A stretch of DNA of 64,000 bases, from NCBI RefSeq assembly GCF_037042905.1, contig NC_087245.1:496001-560000 (forward strand). The letters run 5' to 3'. The DNA is from Lytechinus pictus (lineage: Eukaryota). Shown here piece by piece: positions 51,227-63,940 of the stretch (position 1 is the stretch's first letter; every line of letters starts with the position of its first letter). The position numbers and the translations under genes were made by a program. The notes under the pieces were generated by a model. It searched no databases. It was not told where the DNA came from and saw only the letters and a list, made by a program, of their open reading frames with translations.

Positions 51227-51865
51227 CAGTTGAGGACAGAAGTTTACATACACACAGGAATTTTTTTTTAATTGCCAAACATCGTTAAACTTACTGTATC
51301 TAATAAAATATTTTTTGCTATCATGACAAATTTGATATCTAACAAATGAGTATGTCATGCCCCTTCATCACATTGCTTTGTCATCTGGAGCTGAAAAATA
51401 TTTAGGTGTCATTTTTCCAAAAAAAATCTTCATATTGTAGACGATTTAAAAATAAAAACTTGACAAAAACATTTCATATTTGTGCTAGTTACTTGTCAAC
51501 ACAAACATTTCAGATCACACTTTTTGTTCAGTGGTGACATATCATGATAGAAAAAGTAATATAAATCATAGATTTGACATTTATATATTTCTATGAAACG
51601 ACGTTTGAAAATATAATAACAAACAATAGAATAAATTTTATACGAATATTACTATTTATCTTTAAAAAAAAATTTCACCTGAAATTAACTTTAATCCCAT
51701 CGGCATCCTTATCATGTGAAAGAGCTTAATATGCTCTTTCATTTGACACCAAATTCGTCATGGTAGTATTTATATTTCTGAAGATATAGTAAATTTTAGG
51801 ATGTTTGGCAAACAAACAAATTTCACTGAATTACATGGGTGTATGTAAACTTTCGGCCTCAACTG
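51227..51865. mobile_element. Tc1-like MITE
   Basis: TA TSD. TIR CAGTTGAGGxCxGAAGTTTACATACAC is close to the Sleeping Beauty-type terminal motif. Confidence 0.85.
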
Positions 51866-54353
51866 TATGTTGAGCGCCCTAAAATTAGGGGAAATGAAAG
51901 GAAAATTTGAAGTTTTTTTCAACTTTGTAATTTTCTGAGAAAAATAAGATGTTACCATGGCAATGGGAGGTTTGCAACATTCATATTTATATTTATATTA
52001 AATGCAAGTGTTACCAAGGCAACAGCAATTCTTCTCTTTCTAATGAACTCATGCAGACCACTTACTGTATTTTTTGTTCAATATTTAATGGTTCAAACCT
52101 TACGCATGTAGATTGTGATTTTCATGGTATTTTCCACCATTATCTCCCCCATGTTATTTGGTTGCCATGGCAATGGCCTAAGATTGTATTTATACATTTA
52201 GCAACAAGCACATATAGATCTAGCATCATATAATTAGGGGAAATGAAAGAAAATTCCGATTCTACAATATATTTTATCAAATGTATACTTTTCTGAGAAA
52301 AAATAAGCTGTTACCATGGCAACGGCCAATTTGCAATATTGATATTTATCTTTAAATTCAAGCATTGTCAAGGCAACATCAATTCCTATCATTCCAATAA
52401 ACTCATGCATAACACCTATGTAGTTTTTTTAGTAAATGAGTGGGAAAAACCCAACGCATGTAGATTACATGTACATGTAGGTCGCTTTTATTGTATTTCT
52501 CGCCCTTGTCTTTTTTTACCATGTTATTTCTATTTTTACCAACTTGGGTATTATCTGGTTGCCATGGCAATGGAATGAGAGTGTATTTATACATTTAGCA
52601 AAAACACTCCTATGTTTAACACCCTAAACGCAGGGAAAATGAAACAAAAACAGATTCTACAACTTTAAATCTAAATTTTTACTTTTCTGGAGGAAAAATG
52701 AGCCGTTACCATGACAACGGGCCAATTGAAACCATTTTGATAATCTTGAATATTTTGAATTTTATTTGTATTTAATTGGAACCTTGAATTCAATCTATTG
52801 GCTAATTTATATCATGTTTATCTACAATTTACAGGGAAATACAAGCTATTTTTGATAAATTAATCCGTTGCCATGGCAACGGTCGAAGACGGCATTTATA
52901 AATTTGGCAACAAGCAGATTCATGTTCAGCACCCTCAAAATAGGGGGATAAGCACAAAAAATCAGATTCTACAGAAAATTTTTGGTAACCTTAAATATTA
53001 TGACGAGGAGCTGTGTACTATAACCCCGGATAAGGAATGCTTGCTTTTCACACACGAAACTCGCTAACCCCGGACTAGTGGTTTTTGTCGATCATTCGTA
53101 GTACAAGTACTTCACTCGTACCTTTTTACACACGCTACAATTTCCTTAACCCCGTACTATAGGTGGGGCCAAATTGCCATTTAGCCCCACCTATAGTACG
53201 GGGTTAAGCTTAGCCCACTTTCGTTTTACACTAGCGATTTTAACCCCGTACTATCGCTCTTAGCACCGCAATTGCTGGGATAACCCTGCTTTTTTGCAGG
53301 GCCAAATAATCCCGTACTAAAGGTGGGGTTAGCCCACTTTGCAAAAATGCTGTGTAAAAAGAAAGTGGGCTAAGCTTAACCCCGTACTATAGGTGGGGCT
53401 AAATGGCAATTTAGCCCCACCTATAGTACGGGGTTAAGGAAATTTTAGCGTGTGTAAAAAGGGTATTAGAAACAAAACGATACTCTTGGCAAGAATTCCC
53501 AGAATTGGACCCCTATTAAACAAGTAATTGTTATGTCACGGACGTTGGTCGTCGGTTTTACCTTTACCTACATTATTGGGTTTAGTAGTACGGCCCACCT
53601 CCCACACCTCGCGCAAATCGTACTCTAAACACGTAGTGTTGACTGTTGGGGCAAAAAGTACATCCTTTATAAAACATTTGAATAGTCCTAATTTCTTATA
53701 CCCTCGCAAATCTGACCCTAAACACGTAGCTTTCCTAGCGAAATAGATACCCTTTTTTCATTATTTTAGTGTTTTTGACACCCTTATTACGTTACGTACG
53801 TAACGTGCCCTATCTTGAAAAAGACATCATTTTTACGTGTTTTTTGGTCGCGCATGGTATCCACTCGTTAATGTAAGTGCACCCCCCCCCCCCGGGGTTA
53901 TGATAAATCGTCGCTAAACCTCGGTTTTTTTTCTTTTTCGTGGGACGCACTGTATAGGCTTACTGTTTTATTCATTACTTACCATAAGCAGTCAAAATGA
54001 AAACCATCACAGTATGATAAATATCATAAATCTTCATTCTGTAATTTCGACCCTTGGTAGTGACAGATGTCTATATATGGAAAGATTATTCTACTCCCCA
54101 CGTAAGACTTCGGTCATGGAGCTAAAATGATTCATGTTTTTGAGATCACTGATAAAATTTAATATGTTGCAAAGGTGCATGATAAAAATGGAGGAAACAT
54201 ATTTTGCCCATACACGCCCCTGATGGAGTACATACTTCTAGAAGACATCAAAAACTGTATCTCTTGAATCCTTCAAAAATCTTCTTCTTTTTTTTCTTCT
54301 TCTAATAATAAAAATGATAATTATGATGATGATGATGATTATTAAATTATGTA

Positions 54354-54630
54354 GGCGCATCGTGGTCTATTATGTTCTGGCTCTCGCCTTTCAAACAGAG
54401 GGTCGTGGGTTCGAATCCTAGCCATGGCGTTTTCCTTCAGCAAAAAAATTATCCACACTGTGCTGCACTCCACCCAGGTGAGGTGAATGGGTACATGGCA
54501 GGATTAATTCCTTGAATGCACGAGCGCTGAAAGGCAGCCCGAGCTAATTAGGCCAGAGTAATAATAATGATAAGTACAATGCGCCTCGGAAGAGATTGTT
54601 TCTAGATAGATGGCGCTATACAAATGCCTA

Positions 54631-54663
<33 letters not shown>

Positions 54664-54690
54664 CTATAATTATTATTATTATTTATTTAT
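54354..54690 (+). mobile_element. tRNA-derived SINE
   Basis: B box GGTTCGAATCC, core cactgtgctgcactccacccaggtgagg, (TAT)n tail. Confidence 0.85.
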
Positions 54691-56674
54691 TTATTCATTT
54701 ATTTATTCAGGTATATCAAAGACCAAAATTAACTCTAACGGAAACAAAGCTAAGCATGTTTTTTCACCTCTTTGTTGACCAATCATATAAAGCATATAAA
54801 CAAAGACAATAAACATAAAAACTTATTGCTTTTCTTAACGCACACGATACAGGGTGACAATAACACACAATATAGATTTACACATAAACATGCAAAAATA
54901 AACAAACATAAGCAGAGACATTTTAAATAACAGAGACATGAATGAAGCCCGCACCTTGGTAAGAAAACTATTGGGAGTATGTATATTGAATGCTCACTAT
55001 AAAATTTGAGAAATGAAATTGATTGATCATAATACAAGCCGAATAGATTCCGTATGTATTCTTCTTGCTATCTATCTTTATATTAGTATCTCTTTCAATA
55101 TTTCATATTCTTATGACTTGCTATCTCTCTGCATTTCATATTCTCTTTATTTCCATTCCTCTATGCTATTTCAATCTTCTCCTTGTGCTCACATGTATTC
55201 TTATCGAGAGATAATCTCTCCAACAAGTACCCCTATTAATCCATTAAAGTCATCCCCAACAAGTTCCCATTTTGTTTACAAATAGTCCCCCTTTTTTCAT
55301 AAATTTTATCTTTACTATATAGGCCTTAAAACTCCCCAATTTCTGGTAAACCTTTGTTCAAAGTGTCCTTTTTGTTCCCCTACACTAATTGCCCACACTA
55401 TGAACAAAATACTTTCAGACATTAATATTGGTTACTGGTACCCATGAAGGTTCACCTAGAACATGGTGCTCCATGCCTAACCTATTAATGAGTCTTAAAT
55501 AGAGAAATTAATTGAAACATCGCAGTCCTCCTTAAACTTGACCGATGAAAAGTGTAGTTTTATTTAAGTCAAGGCCAATTGAGGAAGCAATGGGAACTTC
55601 TACTAAACACAAGTAAAATGAGTAGAACATTATCTCAGTAGAAAATGAGACAATTCCATCAATATCTGTTCATGCTACTGTAGAAGCGTACTGTATGTTT
55701 GCAGATATCCCTGTCCAATTAGAATTGAGTTTAGTGAATATGTAATTAGGTATAAAATATGACCCCAAGCTGATTTTGGAAACCCCCATCTGGACCTCTC
55801 CCTTGGCGACCCCCCCCCCTTTACCACCCCCTCTTGGACCAATCTGGCCATCCACCCTGCACCTTCGCCCATCATCATTATAACCATCAAATATTCTATA
55901 TACTTTAACTAACTACTAAAAATATTTTGAACGAAGAAGTTCGTCAGGCCGACAGAATATTATTTTGTGCTAATTGAAATGGAACGCAAAATAGAAAAGT
56001 TAAATTTCAGGTATTTCAGACAGTTGGCAAGTATTAGAAACAAAACGATACTCTTGGCAAGAATTCCCTGAATTGAACCCCTAAACAAGGAATTATTATG
56101 TCACGGACGTTGGTTGTCGGTTTTACCTTTACCTACATTATTGGGTTTAGTATTACGGCCCACCTCCCACACCTCGCGCAAATCGTACTCTAAACACGTA
56201 GTGTTGACTGTTGGGGCAAAAAGTACATCCTTTATAAAATATTTTAGTCCTAATTTTTTATACCCTCGCAAATCTGACCCTAAACACGTAGATTTCCTAG
56301 CGAAATAGATACCCTTTTTTCATTATTTTTGACACCCTTATTACGTTACGTACGTAACGTGCCCTATCTTGAAAAAGACATCCTTTTTACGTGTTTTTTT
56401 GGTCGCGCATGGTATCCACTCGTCAATGTAAGTGGCCCCCCCCCCCGGGTTGTGTCCAGAAGGTCATTGAGGGGTACAAGGACTTTGGTCTCTGGGGCAA
56501 AACGGACCCATGGTACGTTTTGCCCCAATGGAATTAGAAATACTTCCGACAAAGGCTCATTCATGTTTGCAGATTTCAGCACAAAATGTGTCAAAACAAT
56601 TAAATTTATATCGCATTCATAGGTAAGATAATAGTGATTATAAGATTCTCGCAAAAATAATATCTTTTCTCGCA

Positions 56675-57080
56675 CTCTATTGATTTTGAAAAGGCGTTCG
56701 ATACAGTAACTGTTGAGTGGTCTTTTATATACAAAACTTTAAGAAGGTTCGGTTTCAGTGAAGAGTTTGTTCGTTGGGTTCAACTTCTTTGTTGATATTG
56801 AAGGTTGTATACTCCTCAAATATTTTTGAAATACACCGCGGAGTAAGACAAGATTGTCCGCTCTCGCCGAGTATCTCTTTATATTAGTTGTTGAAATTTA
56901 AGGTTGTTTAGTTCGAGAAAATTAAGAAATCCGTGGTTTAAAAATATATGATTATAAAACTGAAATAAAAATAAGTCAATACGCAGACGACACAACCAGA
57001 TACCATGAACCCAACAAAACTTAAGAAAATGCGTATCTGTATTAAATACTTTTAAAGAAATGTGTGGATTGAAAGCCAAC
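56675..57080 (+). pseudogene. degraded L1/Tx1-type RT fragment
   Basis: SIDFEKAFDTV, RRFGFSEEFVRWV, RGVRQxCPLSP and KISQYADDTT in shifting frames. Confidence 0.75.
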
Positions 57081-57170
57081 AGTATAATTATGTTGAAAAG
57101 TGTAATGTTATTCAACTTGGGAATTTATTTTAGGTTCAACTTTCCTAGGATCCAGTGTCGAGGACCCAGG

Positions 57171-57383
57171 TAATAATAATAATAATAATATAGGGTATTT
57201 ATATTGCGCACATATCCACCTTGTTAGGTGCTCAAGGCGCTCCTATATTACCCGGCTAAGCTAGGTGTTCAGAGCGCACACAGCTTTTTAAGGAATTACT
57301 TCCTACCGGTACCCATTTACCTCACCTGGGTTGAGTGCAGCACACTGTGGATCAGTTTCTTGCTGAAGGAAATTACGCCATGG
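57171..57383 (-). mobile_element. 5'-truncated SINE
   Basis: Same core and (TAT)n tail on the minus strand. Confidence 0.7.
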
Positions 57384-60110
57384 TACCATTGTTCTCACAC
57401 TTCATTGGGTCAGATGCAAAAAAAGTAGCAATGGGCTTTTGCTTGATTCTAGATGATTACTATGAGCGAGCAAATAATGCTTTTGCTAGTAAGCTCAAGC
57501 AATTGCTTACTGTCTTCATTGTCATCTGCCTGACGATTAAGCTGTTGCTAAAATAATAATAAGAACTATGCGTAAAGTTTTTGTTTCCGCGTTTAAGCAT
57601 TTGCTATGAGTTCTTTTTTTTTCAAGCTCCGTCAGAGCATGCAGCTTACTTGCTTTGATCAGTGACCTCTCCAAATAGAACTTAGTCTGAATATTAACTG
57701 GACACTTAAAGGGGAGCACCCTGATGATAAGTTGGTTTTGATAAATTCAGAAAAAATAGGAAATGGTGAGGTTTTGATGAAAATCCATCAAAGAATAAAA
57801 GTCATGATTTATTTTATCGGGGGAGGGGCGATGATAAACACGAATGGCCCTGCAGGTCAACAGTCTGTACTCTAGATGAGAAAAAATAATAAATTACATT
57901 CAGGTGTGATAAAAAAAGATACGGGCATGCTCCAGTGAACATCTTTTGTACTATTCAACGTTTGGCTAATGTATAGGCTATACTGGGAAATATTGTCACA
58001 TCTGTAGTTTCTTTTGAATATGGGAGTTGGTTCACATGATTCATGTACAATGTGTAGAGCAGACAGGGAATTTTAGTTGACATGAATATTAAGGACTTGA
58101 TCAACGTGAATGTATCTTGCTCTATATAGCTGCAACATTGGAAGAAAAATCGACAGGACTATGATATTTTGGGGTTCGAGATATTTTGATATCGGCTCCC
58201 AGGCATCATCCAACCAACATAAATATGAAAAACCGGTCATCAAAGCAAGTTGATTTCAAGGTGAGATTAAGTCAGTATTTTCTATTCACAGGGGGTAGCT
58301 CTAGTTGGGTAATTCTGACAACGAAGACTCCAAAGACTCCAAATAGATATTATGATCAAGAGTGTCAAAGTATTATACGCAATATGTCTGATATGGTTGA
58401 TTTTGTCTCCGCCATATAATTATAGTTTTATCCCCTGAGTTCTTTCTCATTCTGCCAATTTGGTAAATATTGATTTCTATTGATTTTGTAATTTAGTATA
58501 GCTTACTTTAAAAGCGTATTATCCTAGGCCCTTCAAAACAAAATATTAGACCAACATGATATTCCTTATTATGTAAATTGTAGATTTTTTTAATTCATAT
58601 CTTTAAATTAGTTTTTTGATGTTCAATGTATCAGCTTCGTAATCACAATAATGAGCTATTTAATGTAATATTCAATTTCTCTCCCCCCCCCCCCTCTCTC
58701 TAATTTTCGTCCTTCTGATATCACCAATTTCCCTCAATCTATTCCCCTTCCCTTTCTCCATGTTCTCTCTTCGTTTACTAAGATTATTTTTTCTTTATCA
58801 ACTTATATGTTTGCCATATTCATCATTATTGTATGAAATACATTAACATCATTCTTATTATCATTATAGCTCGTAAGTAATTGGCAAGCGATAGAACTTT
58901 GACTGTGTCGGCTTCAAAAAAATGGAATGATTGCCACATTCAATTATACAGTCTCCATCACTAGCAATTGATTGATTGAAGGATTTATTTAAAATATCAA
59001 TTCTCGCAGTCCAAAGACTGAATTGCAATGGTTACAATGTATGTACAAGATAAAATAAATAATACAATTAAACCGATTCGAGAAATAAATAGTAAATGAA
59101 ATAGTTACATGCATGCACAATTGAAAGTAGTACTTTTTGGAACAATTATTACTGAGAAATAACAGTTTATTCACCGGGAATAACAATGCAATCTAGGAAT
59201 TATGATATTACTAGACAGTTATTAAAATTGAATATTGTTATACAAGAATGCTTGTATTTTTAAATTGGTTGTTTGTAGATTGATATTGCACAGGTTTAAA
59301 ACAAAATTGAATGATCTGGGTTAATATATGGTAAAAATAAAATCAAACTAAAGTCATACAATGTCTACTCAAATTGTGATGAAATTGATATCATTCATGA
59401 TTAAACGTAATTAATTATAAATCGTACTAATTGAGTGATTAAGCAAAATATGCAATTGGGAATATATTAAGTAAAATATTTTAATTGAATATTACAACAT
59501 TTAATAAAGAATGCTCCTGTATTGAAATTGGTAGATAAATATTGATATTGCACATGATCAAAATACAAAGAAACATAAAATGAATATAAATAAATACCTT
59601 ATTCACAATTGTGTGAAATTCAATGAATAGTAAAACGACGACATTATTAAAATTCTGAGTACTAAGAAGATCCAATAACACGGAGATAACTGATCTGTCC
59701 ATTCGATTCACATAAAATGCAAAAAGAAAGAACGACATGGGCCTAGTAAGTAAAATGTTGATTTAGAGTCTTAACCAAGCAATTTTCAGAAAAGCATTTT
59801 AAACCATCTTTATTTCGTAATTTGCATATAGTTCTAAGATTATCTCCATTCAACTAATATTGATTGTAAGCGCGCTATGGGCCTAGTGAGAAGAGCGCAG
59901 TATTAATCATCATCATCATCATCATCGTTGTCATAACATTTCTATCCTCAATAATTACTATTTTAAAAAAAATGGAGGTTATGTCAAACGTTAGGTGGAA
60001 TTCTTTTTTCCCCCTAACTCTGGATGGCTATAAAGCTCATAATGCTTTACCGATCGAGACGCTATGCACGAGACATGAACAGAGCCTTTTTTATGTTATT
60101 ATTTTCACAG

Positions 60111-60279
60111 GACTATACAGTTGCTGCATTCTTTACCATCGTAACGTGTGTTAGCGTCTTTGCTAACAAACCTGACAATCCATGCATCTCGAACACGACG
60201 AACCATAATTGCTCGTGTACGACAAGCCCGCCCTTACTTCCATCACGTCTATCATTTCAGTGTATGAAGTGCTGTCCAG
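60111..60279 (+). CDS. probable exon: signal-peptide-like hydrophobic stretch plus Cys-rich segment of an FN3 protein
   Basis: Acceptor ttttcacag and donor CAG|GTAATT. Translates as DYTVAAFFTIVTCVSVFANKPDNPC...CMKCCP and ends in phase 1, matching the next exon. It could instead start at an in-frame ATG (60075). Confidence 0.6.
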
Positions 60280-61973
60280 GTAATTGTCTTACTGTGAGAA
60301 TGAATACATTTTTCACTCATGGACTCGATTTCATATCATCTGTTAATGAAAAAAAACCTACTAAAAGCTGAATTACTTTCAAAGTGATGGATGGACTACA
60401 ATGGCGTAATTGGCAAAAAAATGAAATTAGTGACAGGTTTCAGCATAGTATACAGATTTCATTTCATAATTTATCTTTACCATTTATTTTCGTTGTTCTT
60501 ATTTTCTTTCTGTTCAAAGTCCCACATCTGTAACGCCACAAAAGTTAATCCCCTTTCTAGGATTTTTTGAGGGGGGGGGGGGCAACTTGCAGCCAAACGA
60601 TGTCTATCCTGTTATCAATGCTTGTCTACACATTTAAAATGTTGGGCAACATAATACTGTCCACTGTGTTGGGTAATGTATGTTGGTAAAAAAATATATA
60701 TTATGGGCAATTATTATCCAATTGAGCAAATTTATTACCCAATTATTAGATTTTATAACCAAATTTGGACAGATTTTAACCATTAGTTGTGTGGAGAGTA
60801 TGTTGCCCAAGGTTGGTTAAAAGTTGGGCATTTTTGCCCATCTAATTTAGTGTATAAGTTCAGTATTATTACCTCTCCCAATTTTACAGTTTTCTTTATA
60901 ACATCGATTTTCTTTCTTGAGGATCTAATTAAAGGTGCTATATATTGTTTTTTGTCTTGCCTTTATAATTACCCATATTATAATTGTCATTTTATTTGTC
61001 TTCGTGCAATACTTTCACCAGTGTTTCCAGTGCATCGGTTGGTTGGGGCCTTGGGGGAGAGGAACTAGTCTTAATTTGTATTATATTCTATGTAATTTTG
61101 TGTGATAATATTTGTATTTTTAAATTTATTTTTTGAAGAGCCGAATAAATAGATAAATAAATGAATAAATAGATAAATAGATAAAGTAATAAATAAATAA
61201 ATAAATACTATGGAGCGAGCAAACACCCCGTACCATTCCATCACCAAATATACGTCAAAATATGACACACTTTATTGGACATCGATTGCCTTATGAATGC
61301 ACTATCCACAATCGTGTTGTATTTACTGTAGAACATTCTGGACCGACAAATTCAAATACCCGAGATAAACTTTGTATTAATACTTTTCAATGGTCTAGCA
61401 TATCGGTGTCCAAAGTGTACCGTAGACATGGTAGATAACAGCTTGACTGATCGTCAAAAATGTGATTAGCAGAACGACTTGCACTCAGTTCAATGGCATA
61501 AAGACTTTAAGTCAAAACATTTGTGCGAAACATGTACGAGGGCATTTCCTAAATAGTCGCAAGCGAGCTAAAAATCTGACTTTAACAAAATGAAAATCTA
61601 GTTTTCTGACAGATTATAACACACTATATATACAGATTTTGTTTTCTTCAAATTTTACCATTTCCCTTTTTTCTTCTTTTTTTCTTCTCACGGGTGGGGG
61701 GGATGCACCCCGTTCTTTCATCTATACAACACTAAGCCAATTAAAACATCTTCATTTCATGCAGTGTTTTGGACATGCATGCATTCACTATTTTCCCTGA
61801 TTGAGATATGACATTAGCGGATCTCGATTTTTATTTGAACTCAACTCGGTGACTGTCTTCCAAATGACTCCTTTCCTCAGTAATGGTGGTAGTGGCGGTC
61901 AGGTGGTAGACGATGAAACGTCTTCTATCCAGTATTGGGACATGGTATAAGCTAGAGTCTGCTAGACATAACT

Positions 61974-62251
61974 GCCCTTTCACACGGTACCAAATTCGTA
62001 ATGAGTGAAAATAATTATAATGACGAATTTTTAGCAAACCAAACTAGAATCACTAACGCTAATCCCTAATCACAATCACGAATTCAATTCTACTCCGGAT
62101 GTGAATTCCAGTTAAGTTTCACTCAAATTACGGTACGAATTTTACGTCTGACAGGTTTGACCTCCAAAACATGGGGGCGCGGAGCTATAACGTGACCTAA
62201 CGTGACCTTTCAAGCACTTCCGTAGAGTCAAGATTCCCGTGTGAAAAGGCC
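61974..62251. mobile_element. Harbinger-like MITE
   Basis: TIR gccctttcacacgg / ccgtgtgaaaaggc. Confidence 0.65.
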
Positions 62252-62445
62252 CTTATAATATCACTCGAGACCATGATTGAACTTTGCCCCATTGGAGCTA
62301 GAGATCCACACTTGTCGAGAGATCCAGCGTTTGCAGGGTAGCCTCCTCAGTCGGTGACGTACACTGTATACTCACAGAGGGACATGTAAACACACACAGG
62401 GCCTTTTCACACGTGAATCTGATCATTGTAATGATGATTGCTATT

Positions 62446-62706
62446 CATTAGCGTACCTAAAGGGGGCAGGGGGCAGTCTGCCCCCCCCCCTGACGAGTCG
62501 CAACACATGCAAGGGACGTATCCCTGCCCCCTTGACGAGTCAAAACTGTTCCCTGACGAGCCACAAGTGGCCCCTCCTTTTTTCTGGTGCGAAATGTCCT
62601 TTACTTGAGGTTGAATACCTTTTTTTTTTTTTTTTTTTTTGCTTGTCAAATTTTTTGGCGGAAGAATTTGCCCCCCCCCCTTTGGAAAATCCTAGGTACA
62701 CCACTG
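62446..62706. mobile_element. hAT-like MITE
   Basis: 8-bp TSD TTGCTATT, imperfect TIR cattagcgtacct / aggtacaccactg. Confidence 0.75.
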
Positions 62707-62817
62707 TTGCTATTGTAATCGTGACTGTTGCGTTCGTGATTCTAATCATGTTCTAGTTTGGTTTCACAAGTGCTAAATATTCGCCATTAGCCTTATTTTT
62801 CACTGGAATCATCATGT

Positions 62818-63101
62818 GGAGCGTCGTGGCCCAGTGGATTAGTCTCCGGACTTTGAAACAGAGGGTCGTGGTTCAAACCCCAGCCATGGCGTAATTTCCT
62901 TCAGCAAGGAATTCATCCAGTGTGCTGCACTCGACCCAGGTGAGGTAAATGGGTACCGGCAGGAAGTAATTCCTCAAAAAGCAGTGTGCACCGAATAGGT
63001 AGCCTAGCTTAGCCGGGTAATAATAGCAGGGCCCGCTGGGAGAACAGTTTTCGGAACTGAAGTGGCTACCCTGGGTAAATATACCTATATTATATTATTA
63101 T
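62818..63101 (+). mobile_element. tRNA-derived SINE
   Basis: A box TGGCCCAGTGG, B box GGTTCAAACCC, same core, (TAT)n tail. Confidence 0.85.
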
Positions 63102-63272
63102 TCAAATTACGATTTTTTTTTTAACCGTGTGAAAGGGCGGAAAGAAAAAAAAAAAAAGGACAATAACTACAAGGATAAAAAAGAATAAAGTTTGCCGATC
63201 TGTGCCCCCCCCCCCCTCTTCCAGTTCTCTTTGATTTCTTCTTTTAAAATATATCGATATTCTGTTAAATAG

Positions 63273-63527
63273 TGAAGAACTTGTCCGAGTTTGGAGTCAC
63301 CACCCATTCAGTTTCAGCTAGCTGGTTACCGCCATCCTGTGGGATGTACTCTTTTTATCATGTGACCTGTTCAAATGGATCAGATGTTATAACCCAGGAG
63401 ACCCTTGATGTTCTGGAGACAATGTTTAATTGTACCAATCTATTGCCTGGAATGTGTGTCAAAATAACAGTCACAACATTGTGTGGTTGTAGTGAGAGTG
63501 AATCAAGATCGATCACCAATTGTACAG
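63273..63527 (+). CDS. fibronectin type III domain exon (receptor PTP / cell-surface protein-like)
   Basis: 255-bp phase 1-1 exon (aaatag| ... ACAG|gt). VKNLSEFGVTTHSVSASWLPP...YHVTC...TNLLPG...ITVTT...SES shows the FN3 pattern. Confidence 0.8.
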
Positions 63528-63807
63528 GTTGGTTGTTCATCAATCGTAATTCATTCATTATAATACGTAAATCAGTTTCTTTAAAAATAATGAACCATGT
63601 TTATGTTGTTTATTTCTGTTTCACTGTATCGATCAAGTTTATATGCAATCTCATTTTAAAATGTTAGATTTTTATCTTGTCGAGGAACGTGGACGGATAT
63701 ACAGAGAAGATCATGCAATGCTGACATATCTTATTAAGATTCGTGCCGAAACATAATTGACTCAATTACGACTTCCCATCTCCTTTTGTTTTAATACCAT
63801 ATGCAGC

Positions 63808-63940
63808 TCCTCCTACTACTCCTTCTCCTCCTACTACTCCTACTCCTCCTACTACTCCTTCTCCTCCTACTACTCCTTCTCCTCCTACTACTCCTACTCC
63901 TCCTACTACTCCTTCTCCTCCTACTACTCCTCCTCCTCCT
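63808..63940. repeat. (CTC/CTA/CTT)n compound microsatellite
   Basis: Direct reading, with 18-nt higher-order periodicity. Confidence 0.95.

Larger units (their letters stand above)
40275..52990. mobile_element. large foldback element with >800-bp inverted arms
   Basis: 40275-41130 is the reverse complement of ~52150-52986. The arms are built of GTTGCCATGGCAAC-containing units. The right end abuts TTAA. Confidence 0.8.
40139..53465. mobile_element. Harbinger-like MITE split by a large insertion
   Basis: TIR TACCCTTTTTACACA, TTA TSD, taaccccgtacta repeats at both ends. Confidence 0.8.
39986..56449. mobile_element. poly-G/C-TIR MITE expanded to 16.5 kb by nested insertions, right half duplicated
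   Basis: 8-bp TSD TTGTGTCC at 39978-39985 and 56450-56457. Right halves at 53466-53897 and 56028-56449. Confidence 0.8.
62400..63138. mobile_element. Harbinger-like MITE hosting a hAT-like MITE and a SINE
   Basis: TIR ggccttttcacacg / cgtgtgaaagggc. Confidence 0.6.

Noticed and set aside
54354..54430. tRNA gene
   Set aside because: The tRNA-like head continues into a SINE core and tail found in several copies.
58870..58872. Possible 3-nt microexon (tatag|CTC|gtaagt) on the + strand
   Set aside because: Weak pyrimidine tract, no upstream exon to anchor it, and such a pattern can occur by chance.
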